From the NCBI GenBank assembly GCA_036172245.1, contig JAYWIR010000027.1, positions 744,001 through 808,000 on the forward strand: 64,000 bases of DNA, in the 5' to 3' direction. Source of the stretch: Raillietiella orientalis (taxonomy: Eukaryota). Positions 26,703-38,500 of this stretch are shown in pieces. A model generated the notes under the pieces. That model saw nothing but the letters and a program-made list of their open reading frames with translations. It searched no databases and was not told where the DNA came from. The position numbers and the translations under genes are program-made. Each line of letters opens with the position of its first letter. Position 1 is the first letter of the stretch.

Positions 26703-27299
26703 TTTCTTGCCTGCTAAACGAAGTGCTGCTCGCTGCTGCGGGTGCTTGCGCGTGCAGAGCGCGCCTGCGATCCTGAAACTTTCCCATCCTCGTTCCGGAA
26801 GGCATCCGGAAAGGGAGAAGGGGGTCACGAACGCTTCCTTCCGACCAGCGAAAAGGGAGTACACGTGCCCCCCCCACCTCTCCCTTCCTCGCCGGCAACG
26901 GGTGTTCCGAAGCCGCGATTGCGGCTGGGCGTTTCGTCCCCGGGAAGCAGTGGGGACAACCAAAGCGTTCAGGTCGCGAAGGGCTCGTCACGCTCGCCCC
27001 TTCCGGTCAAGCGTGCTGCAGGCCGCGAGTCCGCAACGCGAGAAACGCCAATTCCCTCGAACTGAAGTTTACGGCGGTCGACTCCTTGACATTTCATCCG
27101 CCATCTCGGGCTATGTGGGCGCTTCTCGATTCTTCCTCCGTCCTTCACCTTCCTCACGGAGCGAGTGTCCGAACGGGGGGTCCAAGGAAAGAGAGGAAAA
27201 AAGATGGTGCACCACCAAAGCTTCCTCGGGATGCAGGGAGATCCTGAGTCCGCCTGAAAGACCTGTGCGCTCCGTGTCGCGACGGGGGCCTCGGCCTGA

Positions 27300-28457
27300 T
27301 GACGCTGAAGCGGCTGGAGCTTCAGATTCAGTTTCGGATACGTACCCTCGTGGTGAAGTTCTGGAGCACTGACTGGTGCAAGCCTGCACGATACCTGGTC
27401 AAGCAGGCCACCAGCTACGCCGCACTGCCTTCGTTCCTGGCGCGGCGGCGCCGAAGCAGAGTGTTCCGCCGCGGGCTGGAGCTCTGGCGAGTGATACCAA
27501 GCTGACCAGGACGAACACCTGGATCTCTTGCTGGCTCGCAAACGGCAGTGCCTGGTTGCAAGAGATCATTCGCATGTGGGCCAAGAATAACGAAATGAGC
27601 CCGGCAGCGACTGCTGCGCACCCTTCTACAACAACCGCTCGCTGCAGGACCCCATCGTGCAGTGCACCACGTGCGTGTGGGCGCAAAGAACCTCCCTAGC
27701 CACGGAGCTGCCCTCCCTCAGGGAGCAACTGAGCAGTGGCCAGCCAGCTAAATGGAAAGTCAGCTGTGAACTCCCCCTGAAGTGGCAGGAGTCAGCACTT
27801 TTGCTGTTGCACTGGGGTCTCCCGTGCAACGCCTGCCGGTTTCACTGGACCCAGGGGGATATGGACCCCAACTGTTGCAGGTGCGAAGAACGGGAATCTC
27901 TCCCACACCTGCTTGTAGACTGTGCTGCCCTCGAGCCCCTGTGGGTGTTCTACTCAAGCCCTTGGAGCAGCGACGGACAATCCCAGGCACGTGATGAAGC
28001 GCCTAATCGTGTGCGATGACCTTTCGCCTGCCGCATCCCTAGCAGCTCTTGGCTGCTGCCTACGCAGGATTGAGTCGGCCTGGAGAGATGCCAATGCAGA
28101 AGGACGGTGCGATAGGGACGCCATCTTCTTCACCCTGCGCTTCCTGAGGACGACAGCAAGATGGCCCCACATGGGACATACTCAGAAGGAATTTGCTGGC
28201 ATCCTGGAAAGGTTGCAGAGGGCGCCTTTCAGATCTCGGTGTTCCCTTCTCTAACCCTTTCAATTTTTTCTATATATTTTTTGTTTTATTTTTATTTTTG
28301 TTTGCCCCCTCGTGGTCGAGGAGAACTTCACCTGCCTGCGTGCCGGTCAACTCGGCAGGTTCAGAGCATTTTCGGACAGTGTAGGGCCGACGGCCCTACA
28401 CATGCATGCTTATAATTTTTTCATAATAACCTCCCCGGCGTGACCGGGCGATAAACC
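27300..28457 (+). mobile_element. 5'-truncated L1/Tx1-like retrotransposon 3' fragment, related to the 26-kb copy
   Basis: KWQESALLLLHWGLPCNACRFHWTQGDMDPNCCRCEERESLPHLLVDCAALEPLW aligns with KWQEGALLSLHWGIPSKARLHHWTRGSFDAHRTKCGEKETFAHLLVDCSALRLLW at 26 kb (CxxC...HLLxxC). Followed by a T-rich UTR and hairpins ending ..gataaacc at 28457. Confidence 0.75.
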
Positions 28458-31400
28458 GAAGCATCCTTCGGAAGATCATTAGAGGAGTCGGAACTGCAAA
28501 TGAAACCTAAGCAATTTCTAAAAGTTCAGCTCCGGCATTTAATTTCGCCGTTCTTCAATCGATTCCCTGCTATCGGACGAACGAGTTGGCTTTTCTTTTT
28601 CTTAAAAAAAAAGCAAAAGAAAAAAAAACACTGCCAAAATAATCAATAAAGCAATTTTAAAACAATCTGAATTCATTACGGGTGTTTGCAAGGTCAATAG
28701 TCCTGTAATTACACGCCGGTGAAAAGCTAATTAGAAAACGATAAGAAACATCAATCAGGTTTTCTCTCTCCCCTCCCCCCCCCCTTCTCCCTGATGAATC
28801 GATTGTTTACCCTCTGTGGTTACTTAGGAACGCGTTTAAACGCCGTTTCTTCGTTTGCTTTTCGGTGCAGGCGGGTTCGACCCACAGCTGATTGCGCGTC
28901 GGCGATCCGAGCCGGTCGCGAAGAATTCGGTCCGCCACTCCCGTTCTTGCGTTCCTCGGTGGTCATTTTGGCTGGAAGCGCTCGTTCGGGATGATGCGCC
29001 ATTCTGACGGGAAGGGAGGGGGGGGGGGGAAGAAGAGGGAGGAGAGCCACCACCACCTCTTGGGACTGTTGGGTCCGGACGCGCGACGCGGGCGGACCGG
29101 AAATACAGACAGGGGCGGCGACGCTCCTGAGGCTTGGGCGCGGGGCCGGCGGACGAGCGGGTCTGGGAGAGAATGACTTGTCCCGAGCATCCTAAATGTC
29201 ACTACCCCTCGCCTCCCCGGAGAGGAAAAGACCAGAGGGCAGGAGCAGACGAGTCTGCCTCCTTCCGCGGGAGGGAAGGGGGGGAGAGTATGCTCCCTCG
29301 AGGACCGAGCTCGGGAAGAAGCACGTAGGATCGGTCACTGCTCCCGGGACCTCGGCAGTCGAGACGCCCTTCCAGTGGGTCCGGCAGGAGGGAGAGGCGC
29401 TCTCCCTTTAACTCTTCAGCCCATCCGGACACCGCGGCCCTGTCGTCGTATGCACCCCTTCCTCTCCACCCCCTCCCACTTCTCAACGCTGCCACACCGT
29501 TGCGGTCTTCCCTTCACTGCGAGGGGGAGGAGGCCCTCCGGACGCACATAACCGAGACGATGCCGGATCGGGAGCGGAAGAGCGACCGACCGTCCCTGCG
29601 CATGCGCGGCCGCTCGCTTCTTGGATCTCCCGCCCCTGAGATCAGCACCCTCCAGCTGGCCTCTCGGTTCGCCTCCGCGGTTAGCGCGGACGCGGTTTGC
29701 GTACCCATGGACCTGCCTCCGCAGCTGCAACCCCACTGCCTCCGTCCAAAGAGACGCACGCACGATCGGAAAGAGAGTCTGCAATCCCGCGCCTGGCGTC
29801 CCTGACTCTTCGCTGGGTCCCTTTCGTGGGTGCTACTGCTGCCGTTTCTCCTCTGGACGGAAGAGGGTGAAGTTGAGCGAACCGGCCATCGTCGTCGTCG
29901 GCGGCTCCACGGAGGAAGATGCCCGACGAGGAGCATCTGCGAGCGGATCGCTGCGCGAAAGGGGGGGGGAGGATGGCACGCCGCTCGTGGGGCCGCTGGT
30001 CCGAGAAACGGAGCTCCTGGAGTGACGTCATCACCACCCGCCGAAAGCGCGGAGGGAGGCACTGCTTGCTCCGCCGCCGCCACCGCCTCCTCGGACGGGA
30101 GCGCCGCGCCCTCGGAGAGGGGTGGGTGGTGGATGCATTGCGCTCCAAGCCGTTCAGCTCCGAAAGATCCCGCACGCTGCGAACTGGAAAGCGGTGGTCA
30201 CACTGCCTCCCTCAGTTCGCAGGGAGCGCAGCGACCTCTCCCCCTCCTGCCATTCCGTCCTGCCGTCCCGCGGGAACGGAATGCCCTCGGTCCCCTGCGC
30301 GGAGCGAGGACCTCCTGGGGAACGGACGGCACGATCTCCTTTCCCTAACCGCCCACCCTCTTCTCTTCCCGCTCCCCAAAGGAGATCTCTCTGTAAAGGG
30401 TCTCCGAGGGTCGCGAATTGTGGCCCCCCTCCAGCCCTTCCGTCGATCCGAGTGGTCCACCGCGGGCTCTTCGAGCTTCCACTTTCGGGTTTTCCATACC
30501 GCTCATCCCGAAGTCCCGCCCGCCTCCTTTTTGTGACTGCTCCCTTCCTGCTCCCCAGCGCTCGGCTGCCTATCCCCTCCTCGCTCCCAGAGGTGACCTT
30601 GAGATGCGCCCTGCCTTCCCCTCCCCGCGGAAGCAGTGGGTCGCCGCCGCTTCTGAGCTCTCCCCCCCTTGCATTCCTGGGGACGAACCTCCTCCCTCCT
30701 GGTCACCCCGAGGCCTTTACTGAGGATGGCCCTGGGCAGGGAAGAACGGAAGGAAGGGGGAGGGCGGCGCGGTACCCTAGTCACAACCTCTCACCCGTGG
30801 CCCGAATCTTCTTGCTCCATGGTGCCTCCCCACCACTACTCAAGTCGCGTTTCCTCTTTCACAGTCACTTTGGGAGGTGAGGTGGGAGGAGACACAGCCC
30901 ACAGGCGAAGGCCTCGCTGGCTGGCGACGGACGACCGTGGAAGCTGCGGATCTTGGACCAGCCCGCTCTGCTATCGAGCGGCAGTTGGGCGCGACCCCCA
31001 CGTCCCTGGGAGCGTCCCCGACCAATCTCCTGCAGCAAAAAGGTAGTGCCTTTGCTCTTCCTCGGAGGTGCACGCTGTCTCCACAGGGAGGTGCCGAAAA
31101 CTTCTGTTCGCCGAGAGGAAGTGTGCCCTCTGCCTGGTACCGGCGGATGGAGAGGGAAGGGACGGCGCAAGAGTTCAGGTGGGCGCGCCGCTCTCGAAAG
31201 CTTGCCTTCATCGCAGAGCGGCCTCCCCCTCCGCCCACGAAGGGCACCTCAAGGGGCAGCGACAGTGAAAGTCTCCAGGGCCTTCCGCGGGATCATCAAG
31301 GTCATCATCCTCCCCTTTCCCCACGCACCCGGATAGAGTTCACTCCCAGTTACTCCCAGGAGTTCCTTCGCGCCGAACGAAGAAGCGAGTCGGGAGGGCC

Positions 31401-33249
31401 GTGGGCTGCCCCAGGAGCTAATGCAGATACCGGGAGGCGCTTGCCTGGCGCGCGTCGTCGGAGGGGGACTTTGATGTCACGAAACGAACGGTGGAAAGGC
31501 TAAAGCGAATCAGTGGGTTACCTGCCCTTCCCCTCCCTTTGCCCCACGGTTCTTCCTGTCTCTTGCGGCGTTTTCCCCACTCCATCGTGCCCTAGCGACG
31601 CCGACCGCAGGGCAGCTCCGCCGGCATACGCGCTGCGATCATCATCAACGCAACGGAAGGGTCGTCGCCGGCCCATCCGCCGACGTCCTCGGGGTCTGTT
31701 CTTCTCGGACGCCCACCGCCGAGCCTTGCAGCTCTTGACCTTGAGCAGCCCTTGGTTCTACCTCCTTGAGAGAAGAGCAGGGCCCGGGGAAGGGTAGGTG
31801 ACGGTATCCCCCGGTTGCCCAGCGCGGGTTATGGAAGCTCAGCTTGGAGAGACCAGCCCGGAGCCATCTCGGCATTCTGGTGCGTGGATGTCCGATTGCC
31901 CCTTCTTCCCGTTGACCGACTCTCCTGTCCAGGCGCGCGCGCGTTGAACACCGAGGCGGGACATCTTGAAGGGCGACCCGAGAGCGCCGGTGCTAGTTGT
32001 TGGATCTCTAGGGCCCCTTTACGGGCCTCAGTGCCACCCCGAATCGGGAAACTCAGGCAAGGGAGCGGGGATAGGGCCGGTCCCCTGCCCGACTCTCCCC
32101 CTCGCCGGAGCACCACGCGCGTGCGACGACCGCTGAAGCGGCTGCTGGGTGTGCACATCGCTCGTGGATGTCGAAAGTCCGTCCCCAATAGACGGGGACG
32201 GAGGGGATGGTCAGGTGAGCAGTCGTCTACTCCCCTCTACCGACGTGCGGAGAGGGTCTTCGAAAGCCCCGCAACAGCTGCTCCTCTTCTCTTGTTTGCC
32301 GCCTCAGCGAGGCTCCCCAGGGCGCCGGACGCGATGCCCGGAGGGAAGATGGAAGGACGGAAGACAGGATGAGGGTTCCTGTCATCTCTGAGGTCAGGGT
32401 TCATGGGCAGGAATCCGTCCGAAGGGGGAGCAGAGGGAGGTGGAACCCCCAACGTCCCAGCCTCTCGTTGGTGGTTCCGACGAGAGACTGGCACGCCAGC
32501 CGCCACCCTATTGGTGCCTCCTCTTCGTCCTGCTTGACGGCACCAGCCTCCCCCCGCGCGGCCTTTTCTTCCTGCTGCCTTCCTCGTGCCTGTGCCTCGC
32601 CTGTTTGGATGCGCGGGGGATGTCCGTCGCGCAGCGTCTCCGCACTCCGGAAGGAGAGAAGGGATCCAGCCGCCGCCTTCCTCTGGTCTTTCGCGACCTG
32701 TGCGCCCTCGTGGCTACAGAGGCGATTGCCCAGGTGCAGCCAGCTCGCAGTCACGCGCAGCCTTCCATCTACTAAAAACCGCAGGAATCTCCCTGCAGGG
32801 AGGAAGGCAGAAGGACTTCTTGGATTCCCGAGGCGTCCCGGCTGGCATCTTTTCGGAGATCCGCCGGAGCAGCCGGTGACCTCGCGGGAGAACGCGGAGG
32901 GGAAAGATCACTTCCCTCTCCTCTTCCTGCTGTGCCCCCTCCCCCTTCCCTTCATCTGGGACGAGAACAGGATTTCCCGATAAGGGCGTCACCTCCCAGG
33001 ACAATAGCGACGACACAGGCAGAGGAAGGGAGCAGAACGGGGGATTCCGCGCTCCCGTTCCCCGGGAAGATGGGAGTGCGGCGTGCTTGGTAAGTGGATG
33101 CAGCGGATAGCGTTCCGTAGTCATCCCGGAGTATCGATCCACCGGTCGGAGGCGGCTTTCCCTCTTGCCGATTTGGCTGCGAGCGGCGCGCTCCTGCTGC
33201 AGGATGAAGAGAGGAGCGGAAACAAAAGTGGATTGGTTTCAGGATGGGG

Positions 33250-33420
33250 GGGGAGGGAAAGGGAAGATAGAGAAAAAGGAGGAGGAGGAAGGTACGAAGA
33301 CGAAGATGGCGGCAATGACGACGACGAAGAGGAGGAGGAGGAAGAATACAGAAGGGAAGAAGAGGAGGAAAGGATGACTACCATCATGACGACGACAATG
33401 CTGGTCTTCTCCGTCGTGAT
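33250..33420. repeat. Purine-rich low-complexity (GAG/GAA/GAC) tract
   Basis: Runs of gga/gaa/gac translating as poly-E/D; no splice or homology support for coding. Confidence 0.7.
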
Positions 33421-34999
33421 GGTTGACCCACGATGGAAACCTCACGGGAGGAAAGCCATCTCGATCGCAATGTATTCGTATACGTGATAGCGAGTGGGAT
33501 GTGGAAAGAGGAAGAGGAAAGCATTCGCTTGCCTCTTGAAAGGACGACGGATGGGGCCAACACTCTCCTCCGCCGGAGCACTCCGCGCCACAGGCAGGAG
33601 GAAGGAGCCCACAGAAGCTGCCTCTTCTCTCCTGGTTCTTCTGGAATTCCTCTGACTTTCCGCCCTCATCTGCCAAGAGGAGGAATCGAAGGACCTCTCC
33701 GGTTCCTTGCCCGTCCCCCGATCCCGAGACCCCTGATCGGGAGGATAAGAGAGGTGCTTGTTGGAGCGTCCTAGCGATGAGCGCGAAATGGACGCCCCCT
33801 TCCTGGATTTTTGCTGCCTGGAACTCTCCAGAAAGAAGCCACCAGCCGCCGGAATCCGAAGGGCGATGAGCGCACTGTGGCGACGTCCCGGGCCTTTCGA
33901 CAGAGCCATCAGGCGCACGCCCTGAAGGAAGCGATCGCATCCGGCTGGGCAGGACTTCTGCCCAGGATCTCTGCAGCGAGGCAGCAACGGTGGAGGCGAC
34001 AGCACAAAAAGAAAAAAGAGAAGAAAACACTCAAGGGGGCCGAGTCGAAGGCTCTCTTCCGGGATACGCGCGGACGCATTGGAGGAGGAGGAGGAGGCGG
34101 GCAGGGGGAATCGTCCAGCCTCGCGCTCCCGTTGCGATGGAGATGGAACGAGAGTGCCTTCCCGGGCATCGGCACGCACGCACGTCTCCGCGGCTCAGAT
34201 GTGCGTGTGGCAACGGCTTGCAGAAAATTCGAAAGTCGAAAGGTGAAGATCTGCAATTTTTTTCTAGACGATCTGCTTTTAAATGCTCACCCTTTCCCCC
34301 TTCTTAAGCTACCCTCGTTTTGCAAAGTGCTCCCCCTGCGTGCATTCTCCGAATGCTTGCATGCACTGTCCGGTTAATCAGATCAGCCAAAAAGGAAAAC
34401 AAACACACACAGACGCACAAATGAAATGTATAATTCATACGTACAGATTGCTTGGAAAGATCAGGAGGTCGGAGAGAGACCACTTGTCCAGAGCGGGGCC
34501 TCCACCATTCTCCCTGCTCCCACGCTCTCTGCCAGGGCTCGTCTCCACAAGCCACTGAGGACGAACCTCCCGATGGGGCGGGGATGGTGACCCTGAGCAA
34601 ATGTGGATGCCTCCCATTCCCAGGGGTTCCTCTCGAGGGTGGTGGTGGGTGATCCGGCAGGCGGCGACCTATCCTAGCAAACGCGCGAGACCCGGTTACC
34701 ACCTATTTGCGGGAGGTTCATGTGTGTGCCGCGTGGTAACGCGCGCCACAGGGAAACTGTCCTCCAGGGAAGGGGAAAAAAAAAAAAAGAAAAAACAGCG
34801 ACAGATGGCGCACTTGTCACTTGGCCGTTTCCTGCTTGTTTCTATTTTAAGACCGGTTGCTGCTGGCAACAATGAGCGTTCTGCCGCCATTATTTTGCTG
34901 AGAAAAGCATTCAGAGATGAAGTTCTGCAGACGCTCGAATCTCCAGGGAAAGAGGCAGAAAGTGTTTTCCTTAGAATTTAACCAGCCAGAATGGGATAT

Positions 35000-35520
35000 T
35001 TGGCATTTATCGATTGAGGGGCCCACACTGTACTTTTCGAAAGACGTCGTCGCAACAGGAAGGGGTCGCAAGCAGCGCAAAAGACAAGACGATTTCGGGC
35101 CTGTGAGTGGAAAGGCACTGTGCCAGGGAACACCACCGTGCAGGTTCTTGCTGAACACCAAACAAGGATTCTTTGCACCTGTGGTGAGAATAATCCTATT
35201 CAAACGGGGTAGAACGGATGAAGCGTCCGAGGAAAGTACCATGGCTCAGGGAGGAAGTCGCTTGCTGAACACCATCGAACGCGCTCAAGATGCGTGTGGA
35301 ATACCCGAGTGGAATCCCTCAGGCGTGGAGTCCTGGAGCAGGATCGCTGCCAATCAGGCACTCCGGAGGAAGGTCCCTCTTCGATAAACCAGTGCTTTGC
35401 CGACGCTTCATGCCATCTCGCTCTCACTCGAAAGACCGTGATCAACTGGTGAGCTTCGATGGTCAGACGCGGAATCCTCAAAGAGCCACTCTACCAGAGA
35501 CTTGGGATCATTTTGCAGGA
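35000..35520 (+). mobile_element. Possible Penelope-like element remnant (degenerate GIY-YIG endonuclease C-terminus)
   Basis: RILCTCGENNPIQTG* (cf. YxIxCxCxxxYIGQT), KSLAEHHR (cf. SAxAEH), then LPETW (cf. LPxxW end motif), with stops and frameshifts. Recognised by eye only. Confidence 0.35.
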
Positions 35521-38500
35521 AGGGACTCAGACGAATCCTTGGAAACTTCCTTGCTTCGGGAACGCGGGCAAAAGAGATCTCGGCACGTCGCACTAGGGGC
35601 AGCGCAGTCCCTGAGTGGGAAGAGGAGAAGCGAACGCCGCCGACCGGGAAGGAGATAGCGGACACGGGACGCCCCTGCCACCCAAGGCGAGCCGCGGAGG
35701 TTGCCAAGGCAGCAGAGATTCGCCTCCAGAAGGCATAGCTGCGCGCTAGGCTGCTCCAAGGAAACGGCGACGCTGCAACACTCCAAGGAACGTTTGTATT
35801 CCGCGCGCCGCGGGGGCGCAGCTGTGAGCGGGAGACACGGAAGCAGCCGCCTCGGTCCCAGCCATAACGAGGAGAGGAAGCCCAAACGGACGACATCCGG
35901 GTAAATTCTCAGCCTCCTCCTCCTCCTCTTGCTGCTGCTACACCCGTGTTTCCTCCTCTTCTCCCTTGCACAGGAGGAGCTGTGCAAACAGCACACATGA
36001 AGCAAGGAGGAGGACAGAAAATCGTTTCCAGAGGATGAATAAATTTCTGCTGGCTGTTTCGGGAAGAGGAACTTTATTGCCCGACAGCAGGCAGACGACG
36101 TCCGCGCGTAGCCATAGTTTCCCATCCCGTCCGGGAGAGAGCTGCCATGTTTCATGCGAGCACCTGCCTCGCAGCCTCGTTTCCTGGAGCCCGTTTTTCA
36201 CGCTCCAGGTTGGCGAAGCGGAAAGCTGTTTCCTTCCTGCCTCGGTCTCTTCCTCCCCGAGAGGGTTCGTCGCGCGCGCGTGCCCCGCGAGCGGCGAGAC
36301 GGAAGCCGTTGAGAGAGGGAGACCTTCCTGAGACCCCCGCCATCGTTGCGGGGGGCAGCAGCAACAGCAGCAGCCGCTCCTCTCACGCCTCGCTGGGGGG
36401 TTTCCGACCTTCCGCACATTTCCCGTCACCCCTCCTTCTTTCCCCGCGCTTCCTGCCTCAGGTTCCTCCTTCCCAGGAAGCGATCCTCCTTCTCGGGTTA
36501 CGATTCTTCCGCAGCATCCTGGCCGTGCAGACGTCGGCGCATCTGAAGAGTGAAGCGGAAGTCCCCGCTGGGATCGGGCGGAAGCATCAATCGACAGCGG
36601 TCGCCCATAACAGTGATGAAGATGCTGATTGTAATGCTGCTGCTGCTGCTGCTGATCCGCTACCACAGCTTTGCCGGTGTTGATGTTTCTTCGCATCGTG
36701 CTGCATTTACTGTCGTTGTTGGTTCTGATGATGACAGAGACGACTGGAGTCTCGCTGCATTGCTGCCGTTGCTGCTGCTGGTCGTGGCAATTGCTAGCGA
36801 CGACCCTCAAAGGGACGAGGGCGATATCAGCAGCTGATCGAGAAGCCAGTCCTCAGAAGAATGTGGCACCGTCCGCAGAGCCCCCTCACTAGCCATTGGT
36901 TGGCTGCCTTTCCGCTTCCAGAGGTGGTTTCGAAACCGAAAGCACAGTGGAAGGCGGCGGCATCGTCACCACCACCACGAGCAGCAGCAGCAGCAGCAGT
37001 AACACGCTGTTTCAGGAGGTCCCGAAGCCACATTTCAGGGAAGCGAGGGTTCTGCCTTCCCCAGCATCGGTGGAGGCGATGGCAACCCGGAGACAAGCGA
37101 TTCTCAGGGTAAAGGTAAATGAGTTCCCAGGATTATGAGAGTAGTTTCCGAGGACGAGAGCCAAAAGATGGGTGGATTGGGGGTAGAGAGAAGGAGGCGT
37201 TTGTTCCTTCCTTCTCAAAGCTTTTAGCCTCTGCGCCGAGAGGGAGAGGAGATGACGGCCTCGTCCATCCGCTGGCTTTGCGTCCCTCGCTGTTCGTGCC
37301 GATCGCAACCGTCCTGACAGGGGTCGGTTCATCCCCAGCCCCATTCCTCCCCTTCTGACCCCTCCCTCCCTTCCTCTCTCGTCCATCTGTCTCCGCTTGC
37401 CAGCAACTCCAGCGGAAAACGAACCGTCCCCGTCCTTTCCTCCCGCATCCATGGACCGCAACGCTAAGGGACTTCCACCTCTCTTCCCTTTCAGGCGCTC
37501 GCGTCCCTCCGCCCCACAGGTCCTTCGCCTCCCCTTCGCCTCATCCTCTTCTCCCCTCCCCCCTCTCATGCCTTTGATTTCCGGGTTTCCACCCCTTCGG
37601 TTTCTTCCGTGCTGCCAATCGATAGCGCGCGTCATGCACACCCCGCCCTCACGTGTGAATCCTCGCAACTTCCCCTACACGTGAGGCTCTCGCAAAACGC
37701 CGCCGCCGCATTTTCCCTCCTCCTCTCCCTCCCGCTCTGCTGTGACGTCACAGGCCCCCATTGTAGCCTCACGTTCAATTAATTTAATGGCGGACAAAAG
37801 GCACAAAGTACGTTGGCGGATGCTGGGAAAACGAGCAAACCCGCCGAATCGCATCCATAAATTTGAACGCGAAACGCGAAGGGATCCAGATGATTGAAAA
37901 ACGCAAAGAGGGATGCTGCCAGGCGCTCCTCCGTTCCAAGTGCTCCTCCGTTGCAGAGCAACGTGCAAATTTATGAGAGCTCGGAAAGGAAAGCTCGGAA
38001 TCATCATCGATGGCTGCCTTCATCGGAAAGCAAAAGAGCGCTGGCCGAAATGTGGGGGAAGAGGGGGAGGGGGAATAGAAATAAAAATAAAACAAAAATG
38101 AAAATAAAAAGAAAAGAATGCAAAAAAAAAGAATAACATGAAATGCCCTTCGGATAGGGAACGTCCGAGCCGCGATGTTTCCTGAGGAGCCAGGACAAAG
38201 GATCTTCCGGACAAACTGCCCTGGGGGAAGCAAAAGAGGCGAGCAAAACGGCAGCAGCCGCTTCTGCTGCAACAACTCGAAGGTGTGGCGCTGCTGCACC
38301 CTGGGGGGAAGAAGATGTCTGGCCAGTGGGGGAGAAGAGCGTGGGAGCACGCGGCTGACCGGGTTGTGTTCGAGGGCGTGTTGCTTGGGGCCGGGGATGC
38401 CAAAAGGGTGGAGCGGGGAGAGGACGGCAGCGGAGGCGGGGTCTGAGTGCCTGTCCAACGCACAAAAGACTCCTTCAGGGGACCAGAAGGGTTGACAGAG

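Noticed and set aside
28469..28481. ggaagatcatta just after the LINE 3' end, resembling the 18S rRNA 3' terminus (GGAAGGATCATTA) as a possible target site
   Set aside because: An imperfect 12-nt match with no further rDNA similarity; the sister copy at 26702 has a different flank.
28860..28895. ggttcgaccc B-box/tRNA-like motif
   Set aside because: No A-box at suitable spacing and no cloverleaf.
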